Assembly: GCA_036172245.1 (NCBI GenBank)
Contig: JAYWIR010000011.1
Span: forward strand, 2,170,001-2,234,000
From: Raillietiella orientalis
Lineage: Eukaryota
Length of the DNA stretch: 64,000 nucleotides
Direction: 5' to 3'
The position numbers and the translations under genes are program-made. Shown here in pieces: positions 29,727 through 42,546 of this stretch. Position 1 is the first letter of the stretch; every line of letters begins with the position of its first letter. The notes below the pieces were generated by a model that was not told the DNA's origin, did not search any database, and worked only from the letters and a program-made list of their open reading frames with translations.

Positions 29727-31505
29727 ATGAGTGAATTTAAGTATCCTAAATCAAAATTGCATCGTCGGCAAACTTTTGTTGCAGAAGGTAAACGAATTGT
29801 GACTGAAAGAATAGCAACCAAACTTGTTGTATTTTATTGATTGTGAGCTCGTTAATAATTGATGGAACAATTGCAGATACCCTTAACGAGGAGCTGTTGC
29901 AACAGATCGCTACAGCCTTCAAAGTATTCGATTGCGAAGGATCGGAAACGGTAGACGTCAGAGAAATAGGAACAATCATCAGATCACTTGGTATTTTCAG
30001 AAATATATTGCCATCAAAAGTCGCATTGCACTTCCTTATATATATATATATATATATATAAGCCTTTATGCTTTTGTGCATTAGTCATGACTTCTCAAAA
30101 CGTCGATCCGTTCCATGTGAAATTGGAATGCGACTTTAGGAGACACCCAATTTGTTCCACATTTCGCACCAAGAGCACCACATTAAATTCTAATCTAAAA
30201 TTAATACGAAGTCGAAGTAATGAAAACAAATTTTTTGTCGCTCTGAGTGGATTTCAAATATGAAAACTTAGTTTACATTTTTCGAAAAAACGACAATTAT
30301 TGATAGGAATTTGTGTAGACTGCTGGCCCAGTGAGGCAGAAATACAAGAAATTATTACTGCAGTGGAGGAAGAAGATTCTTCGGATCTTGTGCATTTAAG
30401 CAGGTTCCAAAGCATATTACTCCAACTACTCAAAGAAAAATGGTAAGCAATGGACCTATGGGATCACATATTTTTGCATGTAGTCAGCTTGAGCAAACAC
30501 TAATTCGGAATTTGCTTTGTATGCACACTTGAATTTAGAACTAGGGTACGTAATTGTTTTCGGCAAACCAATATAGACCCTATTTTACTTTCCAAATTAT
30601 TTTTCTCATAAAGAAAACAGCTTTTGAATTATAAGACGTTGAAACTTGCTGAGTGCTTGGTAGTGTGGTCCCTTGTAATAGCATTGAGTGCTACATATAA
30701 AGGTGAATTGACATACCATGCAGATACTCTTAACGAATACATGTTTGAAAGCCCCAGAATGTGGGCTGTTGGGTGAACATTCTTAACTCGCTGTAATTAT
30801 TAAACAGCAATTGTAATAATATTCTGCTGGTGATTGTCCAAACACTGCATCATCAGTGTTGTATGTACAATTATGCAACTGACGTATCAAAATTTGCTCG
30901 TCACTTGTAAAATTGTTCTAAAGATAAAAGTATTTTATGAAAACCCAAAAATTTACGAACAAAGACTGTTACATGTAGTATATACCAACATTTCTTTCTG
31001 TGAAACAAATTTGTGTTAAATTTTGAAGGGCAAAACCAATAGACATGGGAAAACTGGAAGATGCTTTCAAAGTTCTGGATGGAAAAAACATTGGGACTGT
31101 GGATTCTGAAATGCTCCAGATAGCATTAACTACTGAGGTGACACAATGAAAATCAATTATTTGATAAGAACTTTAATGTTATAGGGTGAGCCTTTAGCTA
31201 TAGAGGATTTGGAAGAAATATTTACTCTCTGTGAAGATGTGCCAAACAAAAGGTTTGACTATAACAAATACATATCCTATATATATGGGACAAATGGTAA
31301 AGAAGCAGTGGCCAGTTATGCAAGGCATGGGAAAATCATGATGGAAAAGAAATACAGATATGAAGAGGCGAGGAAATTGAATGGAACAGGTGTTCCCCCA
31401 CAACCTCAATCTCCTTTGATCACCAATATCCAACTTCCAAATTCAAACATACAGTTTAATTGGTCAGAGTTTTCAAAAAAGGAAACAAGCCAATGGTATC
31501 TATAA
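29727..31505 (+). CDS. EFCAB2: EF-hand protein, EFCAB2/DRC8 (dynein regulatory complex)-like, 5 exons
   Basis: Exons 29727-29787, 29877-29990, 30319-30442, 31029-31137, 31185-31505. IATAFKVFDCEGSETVDVREIGTIIRSL.CWPSEAEIQEII...LEDAFKVLD...LTTEGEP; the VDVREIGTIIRSL motif is typical of EFCAB2. Confidence 0.88.
30037..30060. repeat. (TA)12 microsatellite in an EFCAB2 intron
   Basis: Directly visible dinucleotide run. Confidence 0.95.
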
Positions 31506-31517
31506 CTGATTTGTCAC

Positions 31518-34500
31518 TTAAAAATTCTCAAAGCTTCCTGGTGCTTCTGGTGTACTACTAATACACTTGGGAATGTCTTCTGTCTGCAGCATGGACATGT
31601 TCCATGTAGCCTAAAAATTCAAATACAGAAGCTGTCATTTTACCTTTGCCATTCACATGATGCATTTTTCAAATAAAAAATTTACAAATAAATCACATAT
31701 TTCGACTTTTGGAATGTATATTACCATGAAATCCAACCCTTCCTGTACACTATGATCACGAGAATACACAAGATGTATCTTACTGCCCTGTACTGCTACA
31801 GGACTCTTTGAAGAAATTTCACCAGCTAATTTTATAGCAGAACCTATTAAGCTGGAAAACAAAGAATCAACTTGTCAACGATCTGTTAACTTACTTCTGA
31901 TAATCATCAAACACTGCAGAAACAAATCCACACTTAAGTGCTTCCTCTGAAGTTAGTTTTCTGGATGTGAACACTAATTCACGAGCGAGACTCTCACTTC
32001 CTATTAATTTGGGAAACCTCTGAAGTGTTCCTACATCTGCAGCTAAACCTATGAAATGTAATATATTGTTTTAGATATAGATGGGAGCCACATGCTTGCA
32101 ACCACTCTGTATGCAATCAAACATGGTGAATAAAAGGTCACATATCATTTAGAGAATATTTACATAGAAAATCTTAAAGACAGTTAGTCTCGAAATTTGC
32201 TAAATGTGGCAATCACTTTATTAATCTGAATGCTATGGAACTACATTTTCTTAACTAGCACTTAGCATTTGATCCATGAGCATCTTAAAATGTCAAAAAT
32301 ACATGAAATATTCAAAACTCATACACATTCATTTACTTTATGAGTGTTCTGAATACCAAAAACCCATATCCTAGTTTCCTTCTCATTTAGCATGGATCCT
32401 CTGAACTTCATTACATATATCAGGAAGATACTAAAAATGCTAGTACCTGTAGAATTTCCACTTCAAGAAAATCAATAAATCAGATTGTCAACAATATGCA
32501 AGGTGACTTTATTTGTATTGTTCCACCTGTTTCATAACTGCAATCACTAAGACAATTTTCACTGAGATATTCCTAGTTTGCAATTTATTCAGGGAGATTT
32601 TTTCATTGCAATGAGAAATTAATATTATTCCAAAGCTGATACTTGAGAACTTCACCAAATGTGCCAATTGGAGAATAAAATATTGTACACACATGATAAA
32701 GTTCAATCTTATCATTCTTTTTGCTTGAGCAGCATTCAGTTCACTCACTGCACTGGAATGAGCGTGTTGCATTTATTAATCATGATGTTGTCTCACTGTA
32801 TCTTTTTCTGATGATAAATGTACCACTATTCTTGAAGAATGTTGAAGATCTTCATGAAAACATGCCCAATGCTTTTTTTATTACTCTCATGATTATTTGA
32901 ATCCCTTAATAGGACTGCTGCCTAAGCTAATGAAAGTTGGCATTTTTCAATGTTGCTGTAAATTATCCTCTTTGAATAGCATTAACACATTCAAACTGGG
33001 ATGTACAACCAGTAGTATATGAATGGTTGTCTCATCAGGTGATACATACCACCAGTGGTGCAAACTGATCTAATAACTTTTACCAGTCTTTTTTAAAAAT
33101 AAAGTCAATACAAAGTCTATAAATGAACAAAAACTAGATAGTTTCTCGATTTTAAACAATACCCTTAAAATTGAAGTACTAAGAGATATAATACACACAC
33201 ACATATATGTGTATATACATATACACATATACATACATACATAAAAGATAAGTGTTAATTTCAAGCAAACATCTTAAAGTTAAAAAATACAAATGAGGAG
33301 AGCTACTACATAAAACAAAGGCTTAATTAAAATAATATTCACTACTGAGCTCAATAATATTGTAGCTGAGGCCTTGAAAAAAATAGCAACGAATGTATTT
33401 GTTTTGATAATCTTATGTTAACAAAGAAGAATAAACAGGTGAATCATATAACATTATGTAATTTATCCAAATCAGCCCCATTGAATGCAAAAACCTATAA
33501 ATAACTGAGCTGCCCTACCATGAGACATATGGATTATGGCCCCAGTGTGAACATGTTAATCCAGGTGCCAGCACATATTATGAAGAGCTTGAGGGTATAG
33601 CATTCATTTAAAAAAAAAAAAAAAGGCATTATATGAATAAATGAAGCAAAAAGAAAAATATAAAGCCTTCATAAAGACTCTACTTGTTTTTAAAAAAACA
33701 TAAAACATTGAGAAAGAACTTTTTCTTTGGTAATGGGATGTGATGTGTAAGTTTTCAACACTTTTCAAAACTAGAGGATTAAAAAAAAGCATCAGTGAAA
33801 TAACTGAAACCACAAATTACATCATACTACTTTAACATGCACATTTAACAGACCAAAATCTCATAAACTGGTAAAATATATGAAAAAAGACCTCTAGAAT
33901 GTAAACTGATCACATACCAAAAAAATTCAACATTTTTTGTGCAAAATAAGAAAAAAGTGATGAGACAAGGAACACACGCAATGTCAAATTGACAAAGGAA
34001 TCATTAAAAGGAAAATTATTTAAAACAAAAGAAGATATTCAAAAAAAAAAAAAAAATTTTTTTTCTCTTTCATTTTTCTCATTTTTTGGTGAAGTGAAAC
34101 TTAGCACTATTATGTTTGGCATGCTTTTTTTGAGCGTAACACCAATCTGTAAAACTTCATTAATATGGAATTCTAAAACACTATGGGATATTCAGCCAAC
34201 AAAAGTGCATCTACATCTCACATTTTTAAAAAACAACTTGTTAAAGATGAAGACTTCAAGCCTGGTTGCCTTATCCTTTTGATAATTACTGCATTCTCCA
34301 ATAATATCATCACAATAAAACTTTTTTTTAATATATACTGAATGTATTAAACAAGCCCATAGTTTATGAATGTTTCAAAGAATCTGAGGTTTTGGATATC
34401 TGATTTGAGCTACAGCTTTCAATCTGCTTATGATTAATAATTGGATGTGATGAATACATTTCATCACATCCTATTATTAATGATTAAGTGAATTCATTTT

Positions 34501-35579
34501 GCAAAACACCAAAACCTGCAGGTTGGGAATATTGCTGGTTTCAACAAAATTGTGATAAACACTATACATACATACATGCATACAAAGATTTAAATCAATC
34601 CATTGTGTTGTAGTTATAAAGCAGAAAATTCTTACCCATATCTACCTCCTTTATTTGAAACCAAGCATCAGTAGAACAATAACGTATATCTGCTGCACAA
34701 ATCAAGTCTACAGCTGCACCAATACATGCACCATGTACTGCTGCTATAACAGGTTTAGTACACTGGATGTTTTAAGTGATAATTTGTAAGCTAATGCAAA
34801 CAGACTTTTTCCAAGCTTGAAATTACATTCTGATGTTGTTTTATAACTGTCCATAATTTCTTGGATTTTCTAGCAACATCCATAGGTCCATTAATAATGT
34901 TGGAAATTTTCATCAATTCCGCAATGTCGATACCTCCGGAAAACAGCTTTCCAACTCCAGATAAAATAGCTGCACGGCAATTTTCATCTTCATCAAGATG
35001 GTGAAAGCACTCCTTTATCTCTCTATTCAATGTTTCAGAAATTTTTTTTTGTAAGCATGGACAAAAACAACAACAGCAACAACTACAGATCCCTAGCCAA
35101 CTAACATTATTATGTGAAACAAATATGCACAACACAAATTTTCGCATAGAACTTTCGTACAAATTTCATTACACTTAGAGTTCCCGAAATTAATTACTGG
35201 AAGCATTCTCTACTTAGTGTTCCTAATGGATTTTAAAATTTTATTACGTATAATTTGACTTGGCTCCACATGTTTTTTGATCGAAATTCCCCCAAAGTAG
35301 TACATAATGCATTACAAAATTCCAGATCTCACCTCCAACACGTATTGTTTAATGCATTGGCTTTATCAGGTCTATTTATTTCCACATGAAAGATGCCTGC
35401 ACGTGGATTCTTCAATTCCAGAGTTTCATATCTGGGCAAATTCTTTGTGACTGCAGTGGTTGACAGTCTTCTATTGATATGACGCAGGGGTGAAAACACT
35501 GAATAAATATTACGTTGAGAGCACACATCTTTCTGATGCTTTTGAACTTAATAACGTGGAAATATAACAAGCGACTCAT
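31518..35579 (-). CDS. ECH1: Delta(3,5)-delta(2,4)-dienoyl-CoA isomerase (crotonase family)
   Basis: HVEINRPDKANAL, FSGGID, CTKPVIAAVHGACIGAAVDLICAADIRYCS..FQIKEVDMG|LAADVGTLQRFPKLIG, SKSPVAVQGSK..YSRDHSVQEGL, ATWNMSMLQTED. One 2.6-kb intron (32049-34635). The start at 35579 (MSRLLYFHVIKFKSIRK, presequence-like) requires an inferred 56-nt intron. Confidence 0.93.
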
Positions 35580-37452
35580 AAAATCATAAATTTTGCTCTA
35601 TAAAGAGGCAGCATCATTATACTTCAGAAATCCAACATGCAAAATTCCTGAAATCCGGAATGTTTTAAAAGTAAATAGTTCAATTTTAACGGCTGCATGT
35701 ATATTTTACAATCTAATAAAAACGGAGTTTCATTGAACAGCATCTAGAGAATCTAGTCAATTGTTTCGTAGATTTCGACAAAACACTCTGATATGACAAA
35801 CACTCAAGTCAACTAATTCTAAAATGTGTTTTCACGGACAGCTTTTGCAATCACACAAATTCACCACATCATCTGCGAGAAATCTTTCACATGTTTCCAA
35901 TTTCCCCAATGAAACTTGCAATTATTCATCAACGGATACTCTTTCCAGACTTCAGTAGGCCAAAATTTCCATTCAGGTGCACGCACGGTAATTACGTATA
36001 AATACGGGGAAAACTAACTCCGATACTCACCGATTCGTAACATGGAAACGGCCACAGTCGATAATGATCCCAATGAGTTTAAATAACGTTTACTTGAACA
36101 TGGAAACGATTTTTTAGGCGTGAACACTCTCCAAAGTTTTGACATTCAAAGGTCGCTTGCGCACCCCCACGGCAACGGAGCACCTGCGGAATACTTGGAT
36201 TTGGCCCAAGCGGTACGCTGCCAGCATCCCTCCACAGTTTCCCAGAAAACACACAAAAGAAGGTACATTTCTCTTTAACGCTGGAACAAAAGAAAAGTGC
36301 TGCGCTGCTTTATTCCAATTTGTCAACTGCAAAACCTTCCGAAACCTGCTCTTAGAACTCATGTTAATACGAGTTTGTGAATTCATTGAAATATACATGA
36401 GTTCTAGGAAGGGTTCACTGCATTTTGTAAAGTTTCCTAGCTGAAAATTTAAAAAAAAAGATGTGGTTACAGATCACAGGAAAGCTGCTACTAGTGCAAA
36501 TAATTCGTTCAATGAAACAGTCCCATGATTGGAAATTGTACTATTCGAACTTATGCCAAGTATGTCATTGGTTCGAGCTAACTGGGAACAGGCAATAAAA
36601 AATTTCAAGTGCCTGTCTTTCCACGCTTGTCGACGAAGTATTACAGTGAAAAACCATGAAGAATTCATTTAAAATCTAAACTTGTTAGCAAAGTCGCAGG
36701 ATAGTAGCAGAGAGCAAAATAAAAGCAAAAAGATTGCAAACATCATCCACGAAGGGAACCTTATGCTGCCCCCAGTCTCTGTTGCTCTCTCAAATATCTT
36801 AGCAGCATCGACCGAACTCTTATTTTTCTTTACATCTTCATGAATCACTTGCAGACGCAGAATGCCTTATCGGTATCTCGGTGAATTGCCGTGCTTCAAT
36901 AGAGATTAGATTCACATCCATGATTTTTTGCTTCACAACTTCTACATCCTAAAAGATACTATCAGATTCATCAAGAGTGAACTACTTCAAATGCACATTA
37001 TCCAATTCTCGGACATTGCTGTTGGATTCCTCAAATGCAATTTGGTGATCTAAAAGCAGATCATCCATCAGTCAGTTCTTCCGAATACGCATTGAGCACT
37101 TCCCGAAAATCTCTATTTTCTAATTTATGAAATTTTCTAATTCATTCATTCCAAGTGCTCTTACGATACTTATTTCTTCCATAACCGTTTTTTCCTCGAA
37201 ATCGAAGGCATTCCTTTAGTACAACAAAATGTCTCTTTTTTGCAATCATAGTGTATTTATCTGATCCGCTTGCCCATTTTCTTGACGTAATTTTTTAAAC
37301 AAATCATGAAAGATTCAAAATAGAACGGCAGTGTCTAAAACATTAATAGGAACCGGTAATCTTAACTGCGTACACACTAGTTCACATTAATTGAATTTTT
37401 GTCTCGCACTTAATACTATCTGGATTCTTGAAAAACATCACACTGCCAAAAC

Positions 37453-37650
37453 GTGGCAACTCTTGCGAGGAGTCAGAGAAATCGCCAGCATCTAGTGCCA
37501 CTTATAGGAGGAAAAGGGCAGCTAAACCAAAGACCCGTGGTCCCTACACTCCCATATCTTTCTTCCTTTATTTACTGCCCCCTCCCGCTCGTTCGTGACT
37601 CCCTTGTAAGCAGGTCCTCGAACTGGGAGACATTCTCCATAAACTCCTGT
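37453..37650 (+). mobile_element. 3'-terminal fragment of a Tx1/L1-like retroelement family
   Basis: Shares ACCAAAGACCC (37526-37536) with copies at 45517 and 47133, and TATTTAYTGCCCCCTCCCGCTC (37569-37590) with the minus-strand copy at 58501-58522 (21/22 identical). Confidence 0.6.
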
Positions 37651-37739
37651 TTCTTTTTTCCCAGTGAGCAGTGATTTCACGGAGTAACGTCACGGAGTAA
37701 CGGGATGCAAAACAAAGGTTCGAGAACGGTCACAGTGTG

Positions 37740-38600
37740 ACACACACGAGTCCATCTGAACCGCATGATGAGATGTGCCAATCTCATGAGTTCCAGAAAG
37801 CTTGCTATTCGAAAACACTGCAAATCCGGAAAGTGGAATTCTTCTCCATGCACGACCCACTCGTCCCGCGATGCATCCGCAAATTGGTTTTCCAACTCAA
37901 ACGTCGAAACACTGCGTGCTTGAAGTCTGTACTAAACACACGGTGCAGAGAGACTTCTGGGAAACACAGCTACATCAAATAGAGGAGCGTGCGGAAACAA
38001 CTTGCGAGTGTGCATCCGAAATCCGGGATCACCGAACTGGACAGAGACCGACAGACTTCTCCAATGGATGCCTCACCTAGGGCATGACTTACCTGGGGGC
38101 AAAGCTGCCAGCCAGGACGAGTTCTTTGTAAACGGCGTACCAGGAAGGTTTGGAATGCTGGAATCGGATTGCGAAGCAGCTGCCTAGAAACCGTGACAAA
38201 TTCGCAACCAGCCAACTGTACAGCGTTGCAAGTAACTTTGGAAAAATACATTGTACAAGACTGAAGACTGACTGGAGTGCAAAGTGTTTACAGAATGAAC
38301 TGTAGACAAAGCGCTTTGTTTTCATGAACAGCACGAATCTTCATTCCAAATAACAGCATTTGCTGAAACCTTCAACGAGTGGCTTCCGAATTGTGATCGG
38401 TCAAGGCTGGTTGGCTGGTTTCCTATGCAAACGCTGCCTTCTTGGCAAGCACACGCTATACCGTCTCTGTGTTCTCTACGAATCCAATTTGAAAATTCAT
38501 TGAATGCAGAAATGAGTGGCGCCGAAAAGAAACTGACGATCCTCTCAAAGGGTACCTTCGGTTTTTGAACCGATAAACAAGAAGGCGCACTCGAGCTGCA
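37740..38600 (+). mobile_element. Possible decayed CACTA/EnSpm-like transposase
   Basis: Broken motifs in plausible order: HPQIGF..SKHC, PHLGHDL (cf. PPCLGHDLFEG), FAETFNEWLP, SLRIQFE. Recognition is weak. Confidence 0.25.
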
Positions 38601-39017
38601 AACCAACTCTTGCCGCGACGAGCACTCACAGGTTGACACTGCAGGAGACACCATCTCGCAAAAAAGCACCAAAGCACCAACCACTGCACGAAAGCATCTC
38701 CGAGAGCCACTCACGTCGGGAAACCTTCCTTCCTGAATGTTCAACGCGCTAACGCAATGTTCTTCGCGCCACGCGAAAAAGCTTCGAGCACCTTTTTTTC
38801 GTGGTCGTGCATACGGCATGGAGTCAGTCGTCTCTTCCGGAGTCGAAGAGCGTGCGAAGTCTTCCATCCACGAAGCGGAACCCGTTTTCCATGCAGCAGA
38901 TTCTGGATTTCGTTTTCACGTGGCTCCAGAGCCTGCCTCGGAATTTCCTCATCCGGATAGGTGAGAAGATTCCAGGATGGGTGTTGGCTAGAATGCACGG
39001 GCTGGAGGAAGCACAAT

Positions 39018-39393
39018 TTACTTCGAGCCCGTGTGCTTGGCCACAGCTTTCGTGCCTTCCGAGACGGCGTGCCTGGCCAGTTCTCCGGGAAGCAGCAGGC
39101 GCACTGCCGTCTGTGCTTCCCGGGTGGTGACGGTCCCGTGCGCTTGTCGCGGTGGGACAGGCGGGACGCTTCTGCTGCGATACGCTCGGAGATGTCGTTC
39201 ACGAAGCTGTTCATAATCGACATGGCCTTGCTGGAGATGCCCGTATCAATATGCACCCGCTTCAAAACCTTATAGATGTAGATGGCCTAACTCTCCTTCC
39301 TCTTCCGCTTCTCCTACTTGCCTCCCTTCGTGATGTTCTTCTGCGCCTTGCCGCATTTTTCATTACTTTCCCGTTAACAGACTTCGGAGCCAT
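39018..39393 (-). pseudogene. H2B: Histone H2B pseudogene (isolated copy)
   Basis: MAPKSVNGK..(frameshift)[63 protein letters not shown]..(frameshift)[38 protein letters not shown]; two stops and two frameshifts. Confidence 0.95.
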
Positions 39394-39449
39394 CGCGAAT
39401 CCACACAGCAACACCACTCACTACACCCTTCAGACCGGGAAGAGCAGGC

Positions 39450-41830
39450 AGTTCGAAATCCTCCGAGGTCAGCAGGCGAGCTGCCGAACTCGGGAATCCG
39501 CCCTCCCAACAGAGGAAGCCCTTCCTTTCCAGCTATCCTCGCGTACGTAGTCACCGGTCCAGCGAACCTCGCAGAACGATGCCACAGCAAAATTCTTCGA
39601 AACTCGTTTGTGCAGCGTTACGAGAAGAGACGCTATGAAATTTTCGGAAAGGGGAAAACCGTTTTCCTCCCAGCAGATAGCTCCATCTCCGCGATTTCTG
39701 GAAGATGGCGACGACGAGGCGTGCATGACTGCCACTTTGAGGGCCCTTCCCTCTCTTGAGCCAGTTAGCAGGGGAGACGCCAGACTCATCGTCTGCTCTG
39801 AAGACATTCGTCGGAACAGCACAACTAGGCAGTTTCTTTCGGATTTCGAAGGAGGTCTCCACGTTCCAGCTCTTTCATGCTTGCCATTGAGAAAGGATGT
39901 GTTGGGATCGCTGGATGTTCGTAGATGAAAGTAGGAAGGCAGCAGTGGGACTTGAAGGAGCAATGACAATTGATTGCTCGTGTTCGAATCCACGGCTTTC
40001 CGGGGGCTCTTTTTGTTGGCTCTCGCCACGAAGACAAGCCGCTCTTCGACGATCGGTGGCGAGCGCCACTCCATCCCCACCACGCGTCTGGCAGTTGCGT
40101 TTCGCCCTGATTCCACTCCCCAGAAGCGTCCCTTGCCGTGCGATTCCGAGAATGGGCCCCACTGAGTAGAGCTCTCCTCTTTTCTTTTACTAAGCAAATC
40201 CTCCGGCAGCGGCAGGGGAGCGCGCGAGCACGACGAACATCAGCGACCTTCCATTAACGAAGTTCGCTCTGCTGCGCGAGCAGCCGGTCAGCAGGGCTGC
40301 CCGACCTGCCAATGCGGTCGCGCAGCGCGGGGATCAACAGCACTCGTCGGTGCCGCAAGCCGATCGGCCCGCCGCAGCAAACAGGCCCTTGCAAGGGCAC
40401 ACGAGCCCACACGGAGTTCTTGTATAGGTTTCCCTAGGCGAAGCAGCCGAGATGGGAGTAGCGAGCCCGAGAAAAAAAGCCCTGACACTAGGAGCCGAAG
40501 AACAGCCGAAGATGGCGAACCGTTTCGCGACGGGCCGGAGGGAAGAAGTGACGATGGCGTCCTCTCCGTACTCAACTCGAGCAGCTCCAGTCAGACCTGG
40601 CCTCCGAGAGAAACCGCATGCTTAGCTCAACTTTTTCGTCACTTCCTGCGCGGCGACGGTGGGCCTGGTGGCGCCCATGCCGAGCGACGCTTCAAGTCCA
40701 GACTGCGTTTCCCAGTTCAGCGAGGGCACAGGCGCTTTCCTAGCCGGGAGAGCACGGGGGGGGGGATTTACGAGCAACGGGAGAACGTGGTCTTCAATAA
40801 GAAGAACAAACGGAGAGGCTGCCACATTCCAACGTCAATCACCTTTTCATGTCCACTCTCCATTCGTCCACTACCGCATCGTCTACATAGCCATGGAAGC
40901 GACTGAAACAAGCACTCGTCTTGTCAACGGTCTCTCGCCGAAGAAACATCGCAGTCACCATCCCCGCGAACACCAGTGCTATGCTGGGAGCAGACTTGTG
41001 GAGGAATGCATCGCGACTCCGTGCAAAAACATCGACCAGCTGACGGTCATTCAGCCACGCTGTTGTCGCGGAAGTCAGGCGCTACCCGCATGCCCTGAAC
41101 CTTCCGCTCTGACAACAAGGGGAAGGGATGCACCTCGGTGCGAATCTGCTCACAAGGGGATTGGGATTCCACTTCCCCGTTTTGCCTGCATCTGGGAATG
41201 ACCCTCGGGAAGGAACCCACAAGTTTCCCGTCGGGCACGCTGGCTAGGATGGGGTCCATGGCTACCCCCACCCGTCCACCGCTTCATCAGGGATTTCCGC
41301 GTCGTGCTGGCACCGGGCACGCTTTCCCACACAGCGCCGTCCACGCTTCACTGCTGGGAACTGCCCACGGGAACGTGTTCTTGTTTGCACGACCTTGCGT
41401 CCGCCTGCAAGGTCAACTAGCAGATCTCTGAGGGGGAAGTCTCTCGGAGCACAGTGCAGGCACCACGCTTGCATCTGGCAGTGCTGACACGTCGTTGGTC
41501 CCAAGACGCAGATACGGGAAGGCGGATCACCACTGGGACTCCTGAAAGGGCATTGCGGGAGTGGATGAAGAAAAAGAGCCACGTGCACCGATCCCAATTT
41601 GCCCTGCAGAATTGCCCTTTCTCCACGCCGATTGCGAAGATGGTCAACAGCCTGTTTCCTCTGCAGCTCCTTCCCCAAAGCGGTCTTTCTGCCTTCCTCC
41701 TCGGAGACCATACTCGCTGAGGCAATCCGTTCTCCTTTACACCCCATCCGTCTGGTGCACGGGAGGTATCATAGGCGAGGAAGGCGACTGAGCCGTCTGG
41801 TGCACGGTAGAGCTCTTGCGCTTCGCTGTA
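39450..41830 (+). mobile_element. Decayed non-LTR retrotransposon ORF2 (R1/LOA-like) plus 3' UTR
   Basis: Ordered degenerate RT motifs QLFHAC, AFRGLFLL (cf. YRPIxLL), AFRPDST (cf. GFRxGxST), QGCP, PHGVL (cf. PQGSVL), TAED (cf. YADD), SRLRF (cf. DxxLxF), then TGHAF..CSC (cf. TGHG/CCHC). Followed by an AT-rich tract. Confidence 0.5.
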
Positions 41831-42546
41831 AAGTTGATTTAATTTATTCTAAAATAATTTGGAGTTTAAATACGTACTTACAATTCTAAATATTCATTAA
41901 TTAACTAATATATATATATATTAGCATAAATTTACATAATTTTAATATTATTATGTAACATGAAAATATTTACATACATAATTTATTTATTATATAATAA
42001 TATTACTTTTATACCTGATTCTAAATACACTGTTTATATTAAATCTCGAAAGTGAATTGAAATATTCTTTGATTTATACTATTCCGGTTCACCGTCGGTT
42101 GCAGCGCACTTCAACACCCCCTATTCCCGACGCCACACTCCTCGCGGCCAGGCAGCCCACGATCCCACTTGCAGCCTTCGTTCGCCTGCCCACGGCGGGC
42201 AGCGCAATCTTCCTCCACTTCTTCCCAATGTCCCTTTTCCCATGCCCGGCTCCCTCGAGAAGTTCACAACCGTCCCAAAGAATGCCACGTTTTCTTCAAA
42301 TGTCTCGTCCTCGGACCACGCTACCCAGCACCGGGCATCCACCAACTTGACCGTCTCCTCAAGACAAGACGGAACTTCGACGTCGCTCGCTCAGCAACCT
42401 TCGATCACGGAAGTCCCTCCAACCTGCATGCGACCTCCAGTCTCCAATCTCTTTTCCATGGTTTCTCTTTGGAATGAAGTTTTGCTTTCCAATTGCGAGG
42501 CAGCTAGCACTTTCATAGTGAGAAGCGAGAAGTTAGAAGTGAGAAG

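Noticed and set aside
35800..36700. Maverick/Polinton DNA polymerase B remnant on the - strand
   Set aside because: Only faint fragments (FVCFLGNC, HWGN) with many stops; not supportable by eye.
40680..40780. H2A remnant divergent from H2B (SRLRFPVQRGHRR resembles LQFPVGRIHR)
   Set aside because: No further H2A similarity. The segment sits at the post-RT DxxLxF position among ordered LINE motifs.
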